A stretch of 64,000 nt of DNA. It comes from a virus. Within the stretch, counting starts at the first letter, position 1. Each line of letters opens with the position of its first letter. The stretch is from positions 1 through 64,000 of IMG/VR virus record IMGVR_UViG_3300027708_000051; one strand, written 5' to 3'. The notes beneath the pieces are model-generated. The model was not told the DNA's origin. It ran no database searches and was given only the letters and a program-made list of their open reading frames with translations. Positions 1 through 10,947 of the stretch are shown here, one piece after another. A program made the translations under genes and the position numbers.

Positions 1-870
1 ACTAAAACAATTGAAGATATCAATAATGATACTAATTTTATTATATTAGGTTTAATTGCGGATAACTTCAATGATGCAACACTTAGAAGTGTTAAAACAA
101 ATTTAAAAACTTATCTAAATGATTACAAAGCGGATTTTAGTTTAGGTGTTAATGCTATTGTAACAAATGTTGTTCAACAACAAGTGGATATGGTTCAAGT
201 ATTTAGAAAAATTAATTATGTTACAACATTATCCGATGGTGTTATAATTGATACTAAACCTAAAGTATATAATATTTCAGCAACAACCGAAGTTGATAAA
301 TCAAGTAATCCTTTACCGTTAGACACCTATGATGAATTATGGAATGATTATCAAACGGTTTCAAATAATATAATAAAATTTGAAGGATTTATTACTGATA
401 ATCAAATTATATATGATGGGTATAATGAACCAGGTGGGTTTAACTCAACATCAAGTGTTTTTGATACAACAGATTTACCTGGAAAACGATTCTTTATGAT
501 TATGTCACAGATATTCAACAATAGTGATAAATTTAATACTTTTAAATCATCAATTATTACAACTGATATGGATAAATCAACGCCAGGTTTATTGAAGAAA
601 TTTAATAAAATTGTTAATGATTTTAATACTAAAGTAAAAACAGAATTAGAAGCGGAACAAAAAGTTTATACGACTATTAAAAAGAGCAAAGAATATAGAG
701 ACTATCTTGCGGTTGAAAACCTTTATAAAAAAGGTAAAACTCGTAAATTTACTTATACAACAGAACCTTCGTCAACAAATGCCCAACAAAGTGATAATTT
801 AAAATTACTATATAGTGGTAATAATGGTGGTGATAAAAAAACTTGGACGGATAAAACTCAATTTAATTAA
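1..870 (+). CDS. 5'-truncated hypothetical (probably virion structural) protein
   Basis: Frame 1 is open from position 1 (TKTIEDINND...) into the listed ORF 184..870, so the real start lies upstream of the window; adjacent to baseplate genes. Confidence 0.6.
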   Translation, partial: TKTIEDINNDTNFIILGLIADNFNDATLRSVKTNLKTYLNDYKADFSLGVNAIVTNVVQQQVDMVQVFRKINYVTTLSDGVIIDTKPKVYNISATTEVDKSSNPLPLDTYDELWNDYQTVSNNIIKFEGFITDNQIIYDGYNEPGGFNSTSSVFDTTDLPGKRFFMIMSQIFNNSDKFNTFKSSIITTDMDKSTPGLLKKFNKIVNDFNTKVKTELEAEQKVYTTIKKSKEYRDYLAVENLYKKGKTRKFTYTTEPSSTNAQQSDNLKLLYSGNNGGDKKTWTDKTQFN

Positions 871-872
871 AA

Positions 873-1199
873 ATGAATAATAGACAAAACTATAATAGAT
901 ATAATCAATTTTTATTAAATGGTGAACAAACTGTCGTTCCATACATTTCGATTTCAAGTAAATCATCTGATAAAAAATATATTTACAAGATTGGTCAATC
1001 TAGATTGGATAAGATATCTCAACAATATTATAATACACCAACTTTTGGGTGGTTAATACTTGCCGCAAATCCTATTTTTGGGGGTGAGGAATGGAATATA
1101 CCGGATGGTGCTATATTGACAATCCCATTTCCTTTAGTATCATCTTTACAAGAATATAAATCGCAATTAGATAATCATTTCTATTATTATGGTAGGTAA
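873..1199 (+). CDS. LysM-like baseplate wedge / tail X protein (T4 gp53 / P2 gpX-like)
   Basis: RLDKISQQYYNTPTFGWLILAANP...IPDGAILTIP is the LysM-like pattern of gp53/gpX; directly precedes the hub-like gene. Confidence 0.7.
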   Translation: MNNRQNYNRYNQFLLNGEQTVVPYISISSKSSDKKYIYKIGQSRLDKISQQYYNTPTFGWLILAANPIFGGEEWNIPDGAILTIPFPLVSSLQEYKSQLDNHFYYYGR

Positions 1200-4100
1200 A
1201 CCTGAAAATATATTAGTCGAATTTGACTACAATAATATAACAATTATTGACCCAAACAAAGTTATTGATAGCGATAATAAAGTAATGGATAGATATGTTA
1301 AACAAGAAGATTTAGTAATGTATGCTAATCTTGAGTGTAATGTATTACCAAGAACTAAATTAGCAATTGGGGTAGGAAATAACGATTCAATCAAGACAGT
1401 ATCGATTGCTAAAATTAATTTTTTAAAGCCCGGAGATAAACCGTATTTAGATAATTCATACACTGATGAGTTAACAGGTAAAGACGCGATTAAAGGTGAA
1501 GGGGTTAATCAACCAACATTTAAGGGTGTTACAAATCCAAATAATAGTGATGATTTTTACATTAAACAAACTATTAGTTCCGGAGGTAAACCGGGTGCAA
1601 CAGATAATGGTCTATTAGGTATAACGTCAATTAATATTAGACAAGGTTTGGATTTTTTACCATCAATTGATATTCAATTAGTTGATGTTAAAGGTCGTGC
1701 ATTATTTGAAGCGGGTGATAACTCACCATACGCAGCCTTTTTTAATTTACCCTATCCATTATTTCATTTAACAATAAAAGGATATTATGGTAAAGCGGTT
1801 AAATTAGCATTGATGTTACAAAACTTTACAACAACATATAATGCCGATACCGCAAATTTTACAGTTTCTTTAAAATTCTATACCTACAAATATACAGTTT
1901 TATCCGATGTTACAATGGGAGCTTTATTAGCGACTCCTCATATGTATCAATCAAGATTTACTATTAGTCAAACTAGTGGTGGTCCAAGTACAACAACCAA
2001 AACTGATAATGTTGTGGTTGAAAGAGGATATCAAAAAATTAAAGAAATGTATAGTGAATATAAATCTAAAGGTTTAATTCCAAATGATTTCCCTGAAATT
2101 ACTTTAATGCAAATGAAAGATAGAATTGATAATTTTATTAAAAATGTTCTTGATTCGTTTGTTAAACAAAATTTAGACCCGTTAACTAATTTAGAAACTT
2201 ATGGTAATTATTTATTAAGTTACCAAAAAGAGGTGTTTTACACGGTAAAAAATTCGTGGTTTTATGAATTTATGGATACCACAAATTATTATATTTTAAA
2301 TAAATTAGGTACCAAAGTTTATACGTTTAAAAAAGAATTAGATGGTCAAAAGAAAAGCGAAGCTATTTCAAAATTAAAAGGTATTATTGATAAATATAAT
2401 ACGTTACTTAATGAAAATGTCACTTGTGGTAATGTGAATGGTAAGGGTAGTTACACAATTAATGGTAAAGTAACTAAATGTTCAATACCTAATAATATTA
2501 AATATGAAACAGTATTTCCAATACAAATTAATTCTAGTGATATTAATTTAACTGAAACTTATAAATTACAAAGAAAGAATAGTAGTCCAACTCCGGAAGA
2601 TTTAACAAAATTTCAAGCTGAGTTAGAAAATACAAATCTTTTTAATAATACTACAGTAACTCTTAAAAATGGTGCTAAAGAAGTTGTATCTCAATATTTT
2701 GTATTTGAGGGTGGAAATTCATTTATCGATTTAACAGATAAAATGAATAAAGACTTAAAAACTAATAAAGATAGAATTGAAGATGAATTAACAAAAGCTT
2801 TAGCAGAATTATTAGAAAATAAAGATAATGGTATTGGGTTTGTTCCAAATATTAGAAATGTGTTGGCGGTTGTTTTTGCTAATGGAGAAGCTTTTTTACG
2901 TTTATTAGATGATGTTCACACAAAAGCTTGGGAACAAAGAGATAGTAAAATTAGAAAAGGTGTTATTTTTAATAAACAAGTTGCGAATGCAAGCGCTGAT
3001 AGTTTAAATTCAGGTGATGACCAAAATCAGCCTGTCTATCCTTGGCCTCAAGTAATTAAAGAGACTCCGGGAGAAAATGGTCAAGAAAAATATGAATTAA
3101 GATATCCTGGTGATAGTGATATTATTGGTGAAACTAAAGGTTATTTGTATGATGTTTGGCCTGAAATCGAATTTGTTGAAGAATTTATAAATGGATTAAC
3201 CCAAAAAACTCCACCACCACCTCCACCAACTAATAAATCTAATTCATTAACTGAACCGGAAAGAGTATCCTCAAGTGCTATTGAATTTCCAATTAGTAAT
3301 GAAGTTTATCAAAATAAAGTGGTTACTAAATTTATATATGAAATATATGAAAGAGTATTATTAACATCTCATTATTCTAAATTAGATAGAACCAATAATT
3401 TAACGTCTGAGGCGGATAAAATTTCAAATGTTGTTGGAGAGGGGGAGACTATTAACATTAAAAATAGTTTGTCTGATAATGGTGATGTTGAATTAATTAA
3501 AACTTTAAAAGAATATAATCTGAACTCCGCTAATTTTGAAAATGTGTTAAAACATATTTCAAATGAGGGGGTTTCGGAGAGTTGGCAAAATTATATACGA
3601 GGGATTTTTAATACTGCATACATTAAGAATACTGTTGAGAATGCTTCTTTTGAATTCATATCTATTGATACTATTAATAGTTCAAAATCACAGCCATTGG
3701 TTTCAGTAAACAATGAAAAAGATATTGTTGATTACGTTTCAAATTCAACGACATCAAACAAATATGATTTTACGGACATTTATCCATTTACTGATAAAAC
3801 TTGGGTTCAAGATAATTTAGCAAATGGTATTGCTATTGATGAGAAATTAGCATTCAATACGACTAAAACATTACTATATAACCCAAATAAAAAAGTTATT
3901 ACAAATTTTAGTGATGCACAATCTCAGGATAGTAAAAAGCCAATAACTAATTTTGTATATAAAAATGTTGTAATGCCAAAGATTGTTGATAATGATTTGC
4001 GAAATTTTTATAGTACTAGAAGTTATACAAATCAATTACCGACTGAGGGGGATGTTAAATATTTAAATTATAGTGGTCTTGTTAGTAATTACCAAACTAC

Positions 4101-7100
4101 GTCAATTTTTAACACACCATATTTTATAAACTCAATTCAAGAGGGTGTTGAAAATTCTAAAAATGGTGTTACTAACCCATATATTAGCTCGGCTTATTTA
4201 TTTATTAATAGTTTACCTTTATCAACATTAAGAGAAAAATATAAAACATATACCGGAAATGAATCAAATTATTCTGACGAAAATTTAGATTACATTTTTG
4301 CGTCTATGAAAAAATTTGCTGCGTTACATAAAGTTCCGTATGCTTGGGTATTAAAAATAGGTTCTATTTGGCATCGTTATAAAACATATGTTAATACTAA
4401 TGTAGATATATTAAGTAATTCTTGGAAAAATTTTGATGCCGTAAATAATTATGACCCTGTTAGTGGTAAAACATCTACGGTTTATAATTTTACCATTCCG
4501 GGACAAACATCTGCAACAACTATGGTATTGGAAACTTCGACCACAGCTACGACGGCTGGTGGAGTTAGTTATACTCAAACAATTAATACCGGATTTTATC
4601 CTAAATTAATTAATGACTTTAATGTATTTTATCAAGGATTTAATATATTCAAAGGTTATACTAGTAATGATATACAAAGTGGATTTACTGAGGGTCTTGT
4701 TTTAAATTATGTCCCTGAGGCAGTAATTGATAACACTATGGGAGTACCTACAGCATATAGTATAACTAATAAAGTAATTCCCTGGTCAGTGTCGGTTACT
4801 GCGGATTATGGGCAATATATGTACGTAATGCCATCAAATGGTGGTCTTATTAATCAAACAAAAAATGAGTGTTTCAATATATTAGGTGAATTAGTGTATG
4901 ATTTAACCGGTAATACTTCTATGTATAATGGGTCGGCTAGATTATTTTGGTCGGCACCTAATTATGGTTATTTTGATAATAGTAAAGTTGTTAAACCGGA
5001 ACCAATTCACTATTTAAAACAAGTTTGGAATGGACAAAGTGCTCAAGAAAATTTCTCAATTAATGGGGAGGTAAACCAATATACCAAAATGAGTGAATTT
5101 TTATCGGTTTTTGATAGAGACGCTTTAGATAATTTTGAAACGGAATTTTTAAATTTTACAATTTCTGTTTATGACTATAATGTAGATAAAAATTCTACAG
5201 CAACCGAAACTGAAAAATCGTTTAAAAATTTTCAATCATTAATGAGAAATATGATGAAAATTACAAATACTACAACAACCAATGAACAATTTGTAAGTAG
5301 TATTCAGGAAAAACAATTGACTAAGATTAATAATATTATTACTCAATTTTTAAATTATGATGTTTATTTTAAATTAGGTAATCCATCTTCATTTAATAAA
5401 CAATTATTTTATACCTTTTCAACAAATCATAAAATAGAAACACCGGTTACGTGGGATTATTATAACTATGTAACACCAAATTCATTACCTAGTGGAACTA
5501 CGTTTAATAATTCGGTAAATACTCATCCATTAGAATGGAAGGCGTTAGATACTTATGTTGGTTTTTCTGAAATACCTGAATTAACTTATAAAGATTCGGG
5601 GTCTTATATTACAGATTTCTTTATTGATTGTAATGTTGCTTTTGACGTATATAATATTGAAAAATTGGCACCAATTATTAAGATATATGCTACTCAAAAA
5701 TTAAAAGATAAAACTTTAAATTATGATAAGTTTGTCAAATTAATGAATGGGTACTTAGATAATTTGGATTCGTTTAATGATAGAGTAATTAATAATCTTA
5801 TGATTAAATTACAAAAAGCTTTACCAAATGTTAATTTTACACCTCAAACTAAACCTGAAACTGTTTTAGAGAGTAAACAATCTAAACTTGAATTATGGGA
5901 ATCATTTAAGGCAACTAATGATAAATGGATTGCCGGGTTTGATTTTAAAAATAAAACATTTTTTGAAGATGTTTTATTGTTGGATAGAGCTAGCCGAGAT
6001 GTTGGAACAAAAATTCTTGTTGACATTCAAAAATTACAAGATGATTTAAAAGGTATTAATGTAACTTCAACAATGTTAACATATGTTCAAACTATATTAG
6101 TGAGAAATAACTTTGTTGTTATGAATTTACCATCATATGTTAATTTTTATAATGTTCAAGACGCTGTCAAAAACCCAAAACCAAAACCTGATGGGACGTT
6201 AGAATTTGCGAATATAATGTTTGGAACATTTATGGATGTTGATACTAGAAATTCGTCAGCTAAAATGGTTTGTTTTTATGCTGGTAAACCGAGTGAACAA
6301 CTTGATTTGAAAGAAAATGTAGATTTCAGATATAGAAATGACGCGTTTGATTTAAGACGAGTTGACAATCCATTGGTTGAAAATCTAATAGGTAAAAATG
6401 ATTGGGATAAGTCAAATAAAGTTGTAGGGTTTAATGTTGATTTTGGTCCACAAAATCAATCTATTTTTAACGGGTTTAATGTTACACAAAATGCAGGTAC
6501 GCCTACGGCAGAATCATTAGAAGTTTTAAATAAAATGGCTAATCAGTCAGATAATAGAGGTGGGGCGACACAAAATGTATCGTTATATAATTTATACAAA
6601 AATAGAAGTTATTCTTGTCAAGTTACTATGATGGGTAATGCTATGATACAACCGACAATGTATTTTAATTTAAGACACGTCCCAATGTTTAGTGGTCCTT
6701 ATATGATACAGAAAGTAAATCATTCAATATCACCAGGAATGTTCCAAACAACGTTTGAAGGTATAAGACAACCTATGACATCTTTACCTAAAATAGATAA
6801 TTATATTCAATCTCTTAAGACTACATTATTACAATCAATTGTTGAGAAAAATAAAAAAGATAAACAAGAAAAAGAAAAGGCACTTAAATCAACAACTGCG
6901 ACTACGACAAATTCTAATGTTAAAAAACAAGTTAATGAGAAAGTAGATAAAAATACTAAAAAAGACGCGACAATTCAAAGTAATAGTTCTAAATGTCCTC
7001 CAAGTAGAGAACCTAAAGTTAAGAATAATAAGTATGATAAATTTACAATTACTGAGAATAAATTAAGTACTAGTGCAACTTATAAAGAAGTTGTTGATTT

Positions 7101-7965
7101 AATATCGACAAAAACCAAAGGTGCTCCAGAACAATTAAGATATGTTGTTTTTGCAATAATGTATTTAAGGTCATCTCAAAGTGGTTTGTTGCAGTCTCAG
7201 TTTAATAATTATAGTAGTGTGGATTTATTACAAGATTGGGGTCCATCTGTTGAACCTTTTTTTACAACTAAAAAATATTATTGTGGGGATTCAAATACAC
7301 CATATGTTACGTTTGATAGTTTAAATCAAAATGTTGATTTTTTAATTTCTAGATATGAAAAAAGAATTGGTAATATTAAGAGTATATCCGCAACAGATAT
7401 TACTAAATTTATTATATTAAACGGAGATGCGGGTATAAGTCCGGAATCAGTTTATACATCAATGAGTTCTACAGATATTAAAACAATTGAAAGCAATGTT
7501 CAAGAATCCATTCAAAAATTTAATCCGATATCGGGTAATTACACAAATACTCCACCACCCGCAAATGTTCCTGCTCCAAACCCATTTGATTTTGTGGTTG
7601 ACACTGTTGGGGGTTTATTTAATAAATTAACTGTTACCATAAAACCAAATGCTGGTTTATGGAATATGGTGTTGGCCGAATATGAATATTATAAAGTTAC
7701 ATCACAATGTGGTGCTTCTGAGGGGTCAGGACACAGATTAGATGAATTTATATCACAAGATAAGCAAACATTTACAATAACTAGACAAAATATTTTAGAT
7801 GATGAGGGTTGTGGGGTAACGACAGCTCAAAAAGATTTAGTCGGGAAATATGAATACCATATATGGATTTATGCAAATCTTGATTTACCGATAACTAATG
7901 TTGGAGAAAGTTCAAGACAACAATCAATTTGGAATGACTATACTATTAGTTTTGAGATAAAATAA
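1189..7965 (+). CDS. Giant baseplate hub-like virion protein (gp27/gpD-like termini, large central insertion, degenerate lysozyme-like C-terminal region)
   Basis: 2258 aa; RSYSCQVTMMGNAMIQPTMYFNLRHVPMFSGPYMIQKVNHSISPGMFQTTFEGIR resembles the C-terminal barrel of hub proteins; N-terminal GITSINIR...IDIQLVD; follows gp53-like gene. Confidence 0.6.
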   Translation: MVGKPENILVEFDYNNITIIDPNKVIDSDNKVMDRYVKQEDLVMYANLECNVLPRTKLAIGVGNNDSIKTVSIAKINFLKPGDKPYLDNSYTDELTGKDAIKGEGVNQPTFKGVTNPNNSDDFYIKQTISSGGKPGATDNGLLGITSINIRQGLDFLPSIDIQLVDVKGRALFEAGDNSPYAAFFNLPYPLFHLTIKGYYGKAVKLALMLQNFTTTYNADTANFTVSLKFYTYKYTVLSDVTMGALLATPHMYQSRFTISQTSGGPSTTTKTDNVVVERGYQKIKEMYSEYKSKGLIPNDFPEITLMQMKDRIDNFIKNVLDSFVKQNLDPLTNLETYGNYLLSYQKEVFYTVKNSWFYEFMDTTNYYILNKLGTKVYTFKKELDGQKKSEAISKLKGIIDKYNTLLNENVTCGNVNGKGSYTINGKVTKCSIPNNIKYETVFPIQINSSDINLTETYKLQRKNSSPTPEDLTKFQAELENTNLFNNTTVTLKNGAKEVVSQYFVFEGGNSFIDLTDKMNKDLKTNKDRIEDELTKALAELLENKDNGIGFVPNIRNVLAVVFANGEAFLRLLDDVHTKAWEQRDSKIRKGVIFNKQVANASADSLNSGDDQNQPVYPWPQVIKETPGENGQEKYELRYPGDSDIIGETKGYLYDVWPEIEFVEEFINGLTQKTPPPPPPTNKSNSLTEPERVSSSAIEFPISNEVYQNKVVTKFIYEIYERVLLTSHYSKLDRTNNLTSEADKISNVVGEGETINIKNSLSDNGDVELIKTLKEYNLNSANFENVLKHISNEGVSESWQNYIRGIFNTAYIKNTVENASFEFISIDTINSSKSQPLVSVNNEKDIVDYVSNSTTSNKYDFTDIYPFTDKTWVQDNLANGIAIDEKLAFNTTKTLLYNPNKKVITNFSDAQSQDSKKPITNFVYKNVVMPKIVDNDLRNFYSTRSYTNQLPTEGDVKYLNYSGLVSNYQTTSIFNTPYFINSIQEGVENSKNGVTNPYISSAYLFINSLPLSTLREKYKTYTGNESNYSDENLDYIFASMKKFAALHKVPYAWVLKIGSIWHRYKTYVNTNVDILSNSWKNFDAVNNYDPVSGKTSTVYNFTIPGQTSATTMVLETSTTATTAGGVSYTQTINTGFYPKLINDFNVFYQGFNIFKGYTSNDIQSGFTEGLVLNYVPEAVIDNTMGVPTAYSITNKVIPWSVSVTADYGQYMYVMPSNGGLINQTKNECFNILGELVYDLTGNTSMYNGSARLFWSAPNYGYFDNSKVVKPEPIHYLKQVWNGQSAQENFSINGEVNQYTKMSEFLSVFDRDALDNFETEFLNFTISVYDYNVDKNSTATETEKSFKNFQSLMRNMMKITNTTTTNEQFVSSIQEKQLTKINNIITQFLNYDVYFKLGNPSSFNKQLFYTFSTNHKIETPVTWDYYNYVTPNSLPSGTTFNNSVNTHPLEWKALDTYVGFSEIPELTYKDSGSYITDFFIDCNVAFDVYNIEKLAPIIKIYATQKLKDKTLNYDKFVKLMNGYLDNLDSFNDRVINNLMIKLQKALPNVNFTPQTKPETVLESKQSKLELWESFKATNDKWIAGFDFKNKTFFEDVLLLDRASRDVGTKILVDIQKLQDDLKGINVTSTMLTYVQTILVRNNFVVMNLPSYVNFYNVQDAVKNPKPKPDGTLEFANIMFGTFMDVDTRNSSAKMVCFYAGKPSEQLDLKENVDFRYRNDAFDLRRVDNPLVENLIGKNDWDKSNKVVGFNVDFGPQNQSIFNGFNVTQNAGTPTAESLEVLNKMANQSDNRGGATQNVSLYNLYKNRSYSCQVTMMGNAMIQPTMYFNLRHVPMFSGPYMIQKVNHSISPGMFQTTFEGIRQPMTSLPKIDNYIQSLKTTLLQSIVEKNKKDKQEKEKALKSTTATTTNSNVKKQVNEKVDKNTKKDATIQSNSSKCPPSREPKVKNNKYDKFTITENKLSTSATYKEVVDLISTKTKGAPEQLRYVVFAIMYLRSSQSGLLQSQFNNYSSVDLLQDWGPSVEPFFTTKKYYCGDSNTPYVTFDSLNQNVDFLISRYEKRIGNIKSISATDITKFIILNGDAGISPESVYTSMSSTDIKTIESNVQESIQKFNPISGNYTNTPPPANVPAPNPFDFVVDTVGGLFNKLTVTIKPNAGLWNMVLAEYEYYKVTSQCGASEGSGHRLDEFISQDKQTFTITRQNILDDEGCGVTTAQKDLVGKYEYHIWIYANLDLPITNVGESSRQQSIWNDYTISFEIK

Positions 7966-7983
7966 CATTTACAAATAAACAGA

Positions 7984-7991
7984 TATTTATA
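7984..7991 (+). promoter_or_regulatory. TATTTATA phage promoter-like motif
   Basis: GATATTTATA 13 nt before ATG 8005; motif recurs at about 11 gene or operon starts. Confidence 0.55.
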
Positions 7992-8004
7992 TATAAAAAA
8001 GATT

Positions 8005-8229
8005 ATGGATACAAAATCATTATTAGAGAATTACTTAGGTAAAAAAACCCGTACCACAGAAAAAGATATGGGTAACGGTTCAAAACAAGTTTGCGATTTA
8101 GATTCAGGTGATTGTTACACAATTAGAATGAAAGATGGTCTAATTGAAAGAGTTGACAATACTATGAGTCAAAATAGAAAAATACAAGTTGAAACAACAA
8201 CTGGTGTAAAACAATTATTAAACGGATAA
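8005..8229 (+). CDS. Hypothetical protein (74 aa)
   Basis: Clean ORF with A-rich leader and upstream motif. Confidence 0.7.
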   Translation: MDTKSLLENYLGKKTRTTEKDMGNGSKQVCDLDSGDCYTIRMKDGLIERVDNTMSQNRKIQVETTTGVKQLLNG

Positions 8230-8230
8230 A

Positions 8231-8896
8231 ATGAAAAAAGTAGATAATAGAATTTTAGAAGAAATTGCTAGATATAATTCAATCAATAGTTATATTGTTG
8301 AACAAGATGCTACATTACCACCAGCTCCGGGTGAAGACCCAAACGCTGCACCGGCAGGAGGAGCTCCGGCACCTGCTGACCCAAATGTTGCCCCTGCGGC
8401 ACCTGCAGCTCCTGCGGGACCACAACCTGTTGATTTAGAAAATGACCCGGATGTAGAAAAAGTTGGTGAAGGAGATTCCGAAGGTAAAACTGAAGAAATG
8501 GATATTACCGATTTAGTAAAATCTCAGAAAAAAGTTGAACAAAAACAAGAAGAGTATTTTGAAAACTTATTCCAACATTTAGATAATTTAGAAAATAAAT
8601 TAGGTGAAATGGATGGTATTATGAGTAAATTAAATGACTTAGAAATGAAGGTTGAAAAATATAGAGAAAAAACTCCTCAAGAAAAATTAGAACTTAGAAG
8701 TTTAGATTCGGGACCATTCAACCAAAAATTAAGTCAATTCTTTGATGACAAAGAAGAAGATATGGAAAAATCCGGAAAAAATGAATATATTTTAACACAA
8801 GACGATGTTGAAGATTATTCACCAATTGAAATTAAAAAAACATTTAGAAATTTTGGTGATGAAGGTAAACCAACATCATTCCAACAACTAAGATAA
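8231..8896 (+). CDS. Acidic, Pro/Ala-rich coiled-coil protein (possible head scaffold or internal protein)
   Basis: Low-complexity PAAPA linker, acidic coiled coil; function is inference only. Confidence 0.5.
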   Translation: MKKVDNRILEEIARYNSINSYIVEQDATLPPAPGEDPNAAPAGGAPAPADPNVAPAAPAAPAGPQPVDLENDPDVEKVGEGDSEGKTEEMDITDLVKSQKKVEQKQEEYFENLFQHLDNLENKLGEMDGIMSKLNDLEMKVEKYREKTPQEKLELRSLDSGPFNQKLSQFFDDKEEDMEKSGKNEYILTQDDVEDYSPIEIKKTFRNFGDEGKPTSFQQLR

Positions 8897-8898
8897 AT

Positions 8899-8926
8899 AA
8901 GACGGACTTAGGTCCGTTTTATTTTC
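8899..8926 (+). terminator. Intrinsic terminator with cUUAGg loop
   Basis: AAGACGGAC-TTAG-GTCCGTTTT followed by ATTTTC, immediately after the stop codon. Confidence 0.8.
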
Positions 8927-8935
8927 TAAAACAAT

Positions 8936-8964
8936 TTGACAAACACACGGCTGACACTTATACT
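8936..8964 (+). promoter_or_regulatory. sigma70-type promoter TTGACA-N17-TATACT upstream of ssb
   Basis: TTGACA 8936-8941, exact 17-nt spacer, TATACT 8959-8964. Confidence 0.6.
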
Positions 8965-8993
8965 TTTATAAACCTTTAAATATTTTAAACACT

Positions 8994-9848
8994 ATGGCGA
9001 CAAATTCATTAGACGCAGTTTTAGCTCAATACGAGAAAGCTAAACAAGGTAGTACTTCTTCTACCTCAAAATTTACACAAGAAGAAAGAATGAAAAAATA
9101 CTTCGCGGCAATCCTTTCAGATAAGGAAACTCAAGGGCAACGAAGATTAAGAATCTTACCAACCACAGATGGTTCTTCACCATTTAAAGAAGTTTGGTAC
9201 CACGAGATTCAAGTTGATGGAAAATTCCAAAAATTTTATGACCCAGGGAAAAATGACAATGAGCGTTCACCTTTAACAGAGGTTTACGAAGAACTTCGTT
9301 CAACAGGTAAAGAAGAAGATAAAAAATTAGCTTCAAATTACTTGTCGCGTAAATTCTATATTGTTAAAGTTATTGATAGAGATAACGAAGAAGACGGTGT
9401 TAAATTTTGGAGATTCAAATCTAACTACAAAAATGAAGGTATCTATGACAAAATCATTCCTATCTACAGAAACAAAGGAGACATTGCTGACCCTGAAAAA
9501 GGTAGAGACCTTATCTTAGAATTAACTAAAGCTAAAACTCCAAAAGGGGCGGTTTATACAGTGATTCAAACGGTTATGTATGATGATGCGGCACCAATTC
9601 ACGAAAATAAAACAACTGCTGACAGTTGGATTAACGATGAATTAACTTGGGAAGATGTTTACTCTAAAAAACCGGTTGAGTACTTAGAAGCTATTGCAAG
9701 AGGTGAAACTCCAAAATGGAACTCTGACAAAGGTGGTTACGACTATGGTAACTCTGACGAGGGTGAAGTATCTTTTGGTGGTTCTAAACCATCTGCTCCG
9801 ATTGACCCTCAATTAGGTGATGAACCGGAAGATGATATGCCGTTCTAA
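8994..9848 (+). CDS. Single-stranded DNA-binding protein, T4 gp32-like
   Basis: RLRILP...PFKEVWYH...KFYIVKVIDRD...VKFWRF...DPEKGRDL pattern; acidic tail ending EDDMPF; precedes recombinase. Confidence 0.8.
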   Translation: MATNSLDAVLAQYEKAKQGSTSSTSKFTQEERMKKYFAAILSDKETQGQRRLRILPTTDGSSPFKEVWYHEIQVDGKFQKFYDPGKNDNERSPLTEVYEELRSTGKEEDKKLASNYLSRKFYIVKVIDRDNEEDGVKFWRFKSNYKNEGIYDKIIPIYRNKGDIADPEKGRDLILELTKAKTPKGAVYTVIQTVMYDDAAPIHENKTTADSWINDELTWEDVYSKKPVEYLEAIARGETPKWNSDKGGYDYGNSDEGEVSFGGSKPSAPIDPQLGDEPEDDMPF

Positions 9849-9859
9849 TCAAACAAAAC

Positions 9860-9909
9860 TTAGACATATAAATTGGGCACTAAGATTACTTGGTGCCCAA
9901 CTTGTCTAA
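9860..9909. other. Long intergenic hairpin between ssb and uvsX
   Basis: TTAGACA..TTGGGCACTAAG-ATTA-CTTGGTGCCCAA..TGTCTAA; no U tract downstream on the + strand. Confidence 0.7.
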
Positions 9910-9940
9910 AGAAACTAAAAAATTAAATTAACATATACAT

Positions 9941-10945
9941 ATGGCAATTAAAAAACACGATTTTAAGTCCATTAAGGACAAATTCTCAACATCAGCAAAA
10001 TACAAACCACAAAGTTTTTTTGATTTAGGTCCTGACTTCTTGGATGCTGTTGGATTACCTGGTCCGGCTATTGGACACTTAAATATGTTCTTGGGTCATT
10101 CAGACACAGGAAAAACCACAGCTTTGGTAAAAACTGCTGTTGATGCTCAAAAAAAAGGTATTTTACCGGTATTCATAATTACTGAACAGAAATGGTCGTT
10201 TGAACACGCTAAATTAATGGGTTTTCAATGTGAAGAAGTTGTTGATGAAGAAACCGGAGAATTAGATTGGGATGGATTCTACATCTTCAATAATAATTTT
10301 GATTACATTGAGCAAATTACTGATTATATTAATTCATTACTTGATGCTCAAGAAAAGGGTGAATTAGATTATAATTTGTGTTTTATGTGGGATTCTGTAG
10401 GTTCAGTTCCTTGTAAAATGACATATGAAGGTCGAGGTGGCAAGCAACACAATGCCGCGGCATTAGCTGATAAAATTGGTATGGGTATTAATCAACGTAT
10501 ATCAGGGTCACGTAAAGCGGATTCTAAATATGAAAATACTTTGATTATTGTCAACCAACCTTGGGTAGAGTTACCGGATAATCCATTTGGTCAACCTAAA
10601 ATTAAAGCAAAAGGGGGTGAGGCTATTTGGTTAAATTCGTCATTAGTGTTTTTATTTGGTAATCAAAAAGGTGCTGGTACAACTAAAATCACAGCAACTA
10701 AAGATAAAAGAACTATTAAATTCGCTTCAAGAACAAAAGTTTCAGTTATGAAAAATCATATTAACGGACTTGGTTATGATGATGGTAAGATAATTGTAAC
10801 TCCACACGGATTTATTGCGGGTAAAGATACTGCTGAAGAAAAATCAAATATTGAAAAATACAAAAAAGAGTATGCCGATTATTGGAAAACCATTATTGGC
10901 ACTGATGGTGATTTTGATTTAAAAGAAGAAAAAGAAGATAATTAA
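9941..10945 (+). CDS. RecA/UvsX-like recombinase
   Basis: Walker A GHSDTGKT, Walker B FMWDSVGS, IIVNQ, KAKGGEA, VMKNH motifs of the RecA fold. Confidence 0.85.
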   Translation: MAIKKHDFKSIKDKFSTSAKYKPQSFFDLGPDFLDAVGLPGPAIGHLNMFLGHSDTGKTTALVKTAVDAQKKGILPVFIITEQKWSFEHAKLMGFQCEEVVDEETGELDWDGFYIFNNNFDYIEQITDYINSLLDAQEKGELDYNLCFMWDSVGSVPCKMTYEGRGGKQHNAAALADKIGMGINQRISGSRKADSKYENTLIIVNQPWVELPDNPFGQPKIKAKGGEAIWLNSSLVFLFGNQKGAGTTKITATKDKRTIKFASRTKVSVMKNHINGLGYDDGKIIVTPHGFIAGKDTAEEKSNIEKYKKEYADYWKTIIGTDGDFDLKEEKEDN

Positions 10946-10947
10946 AA

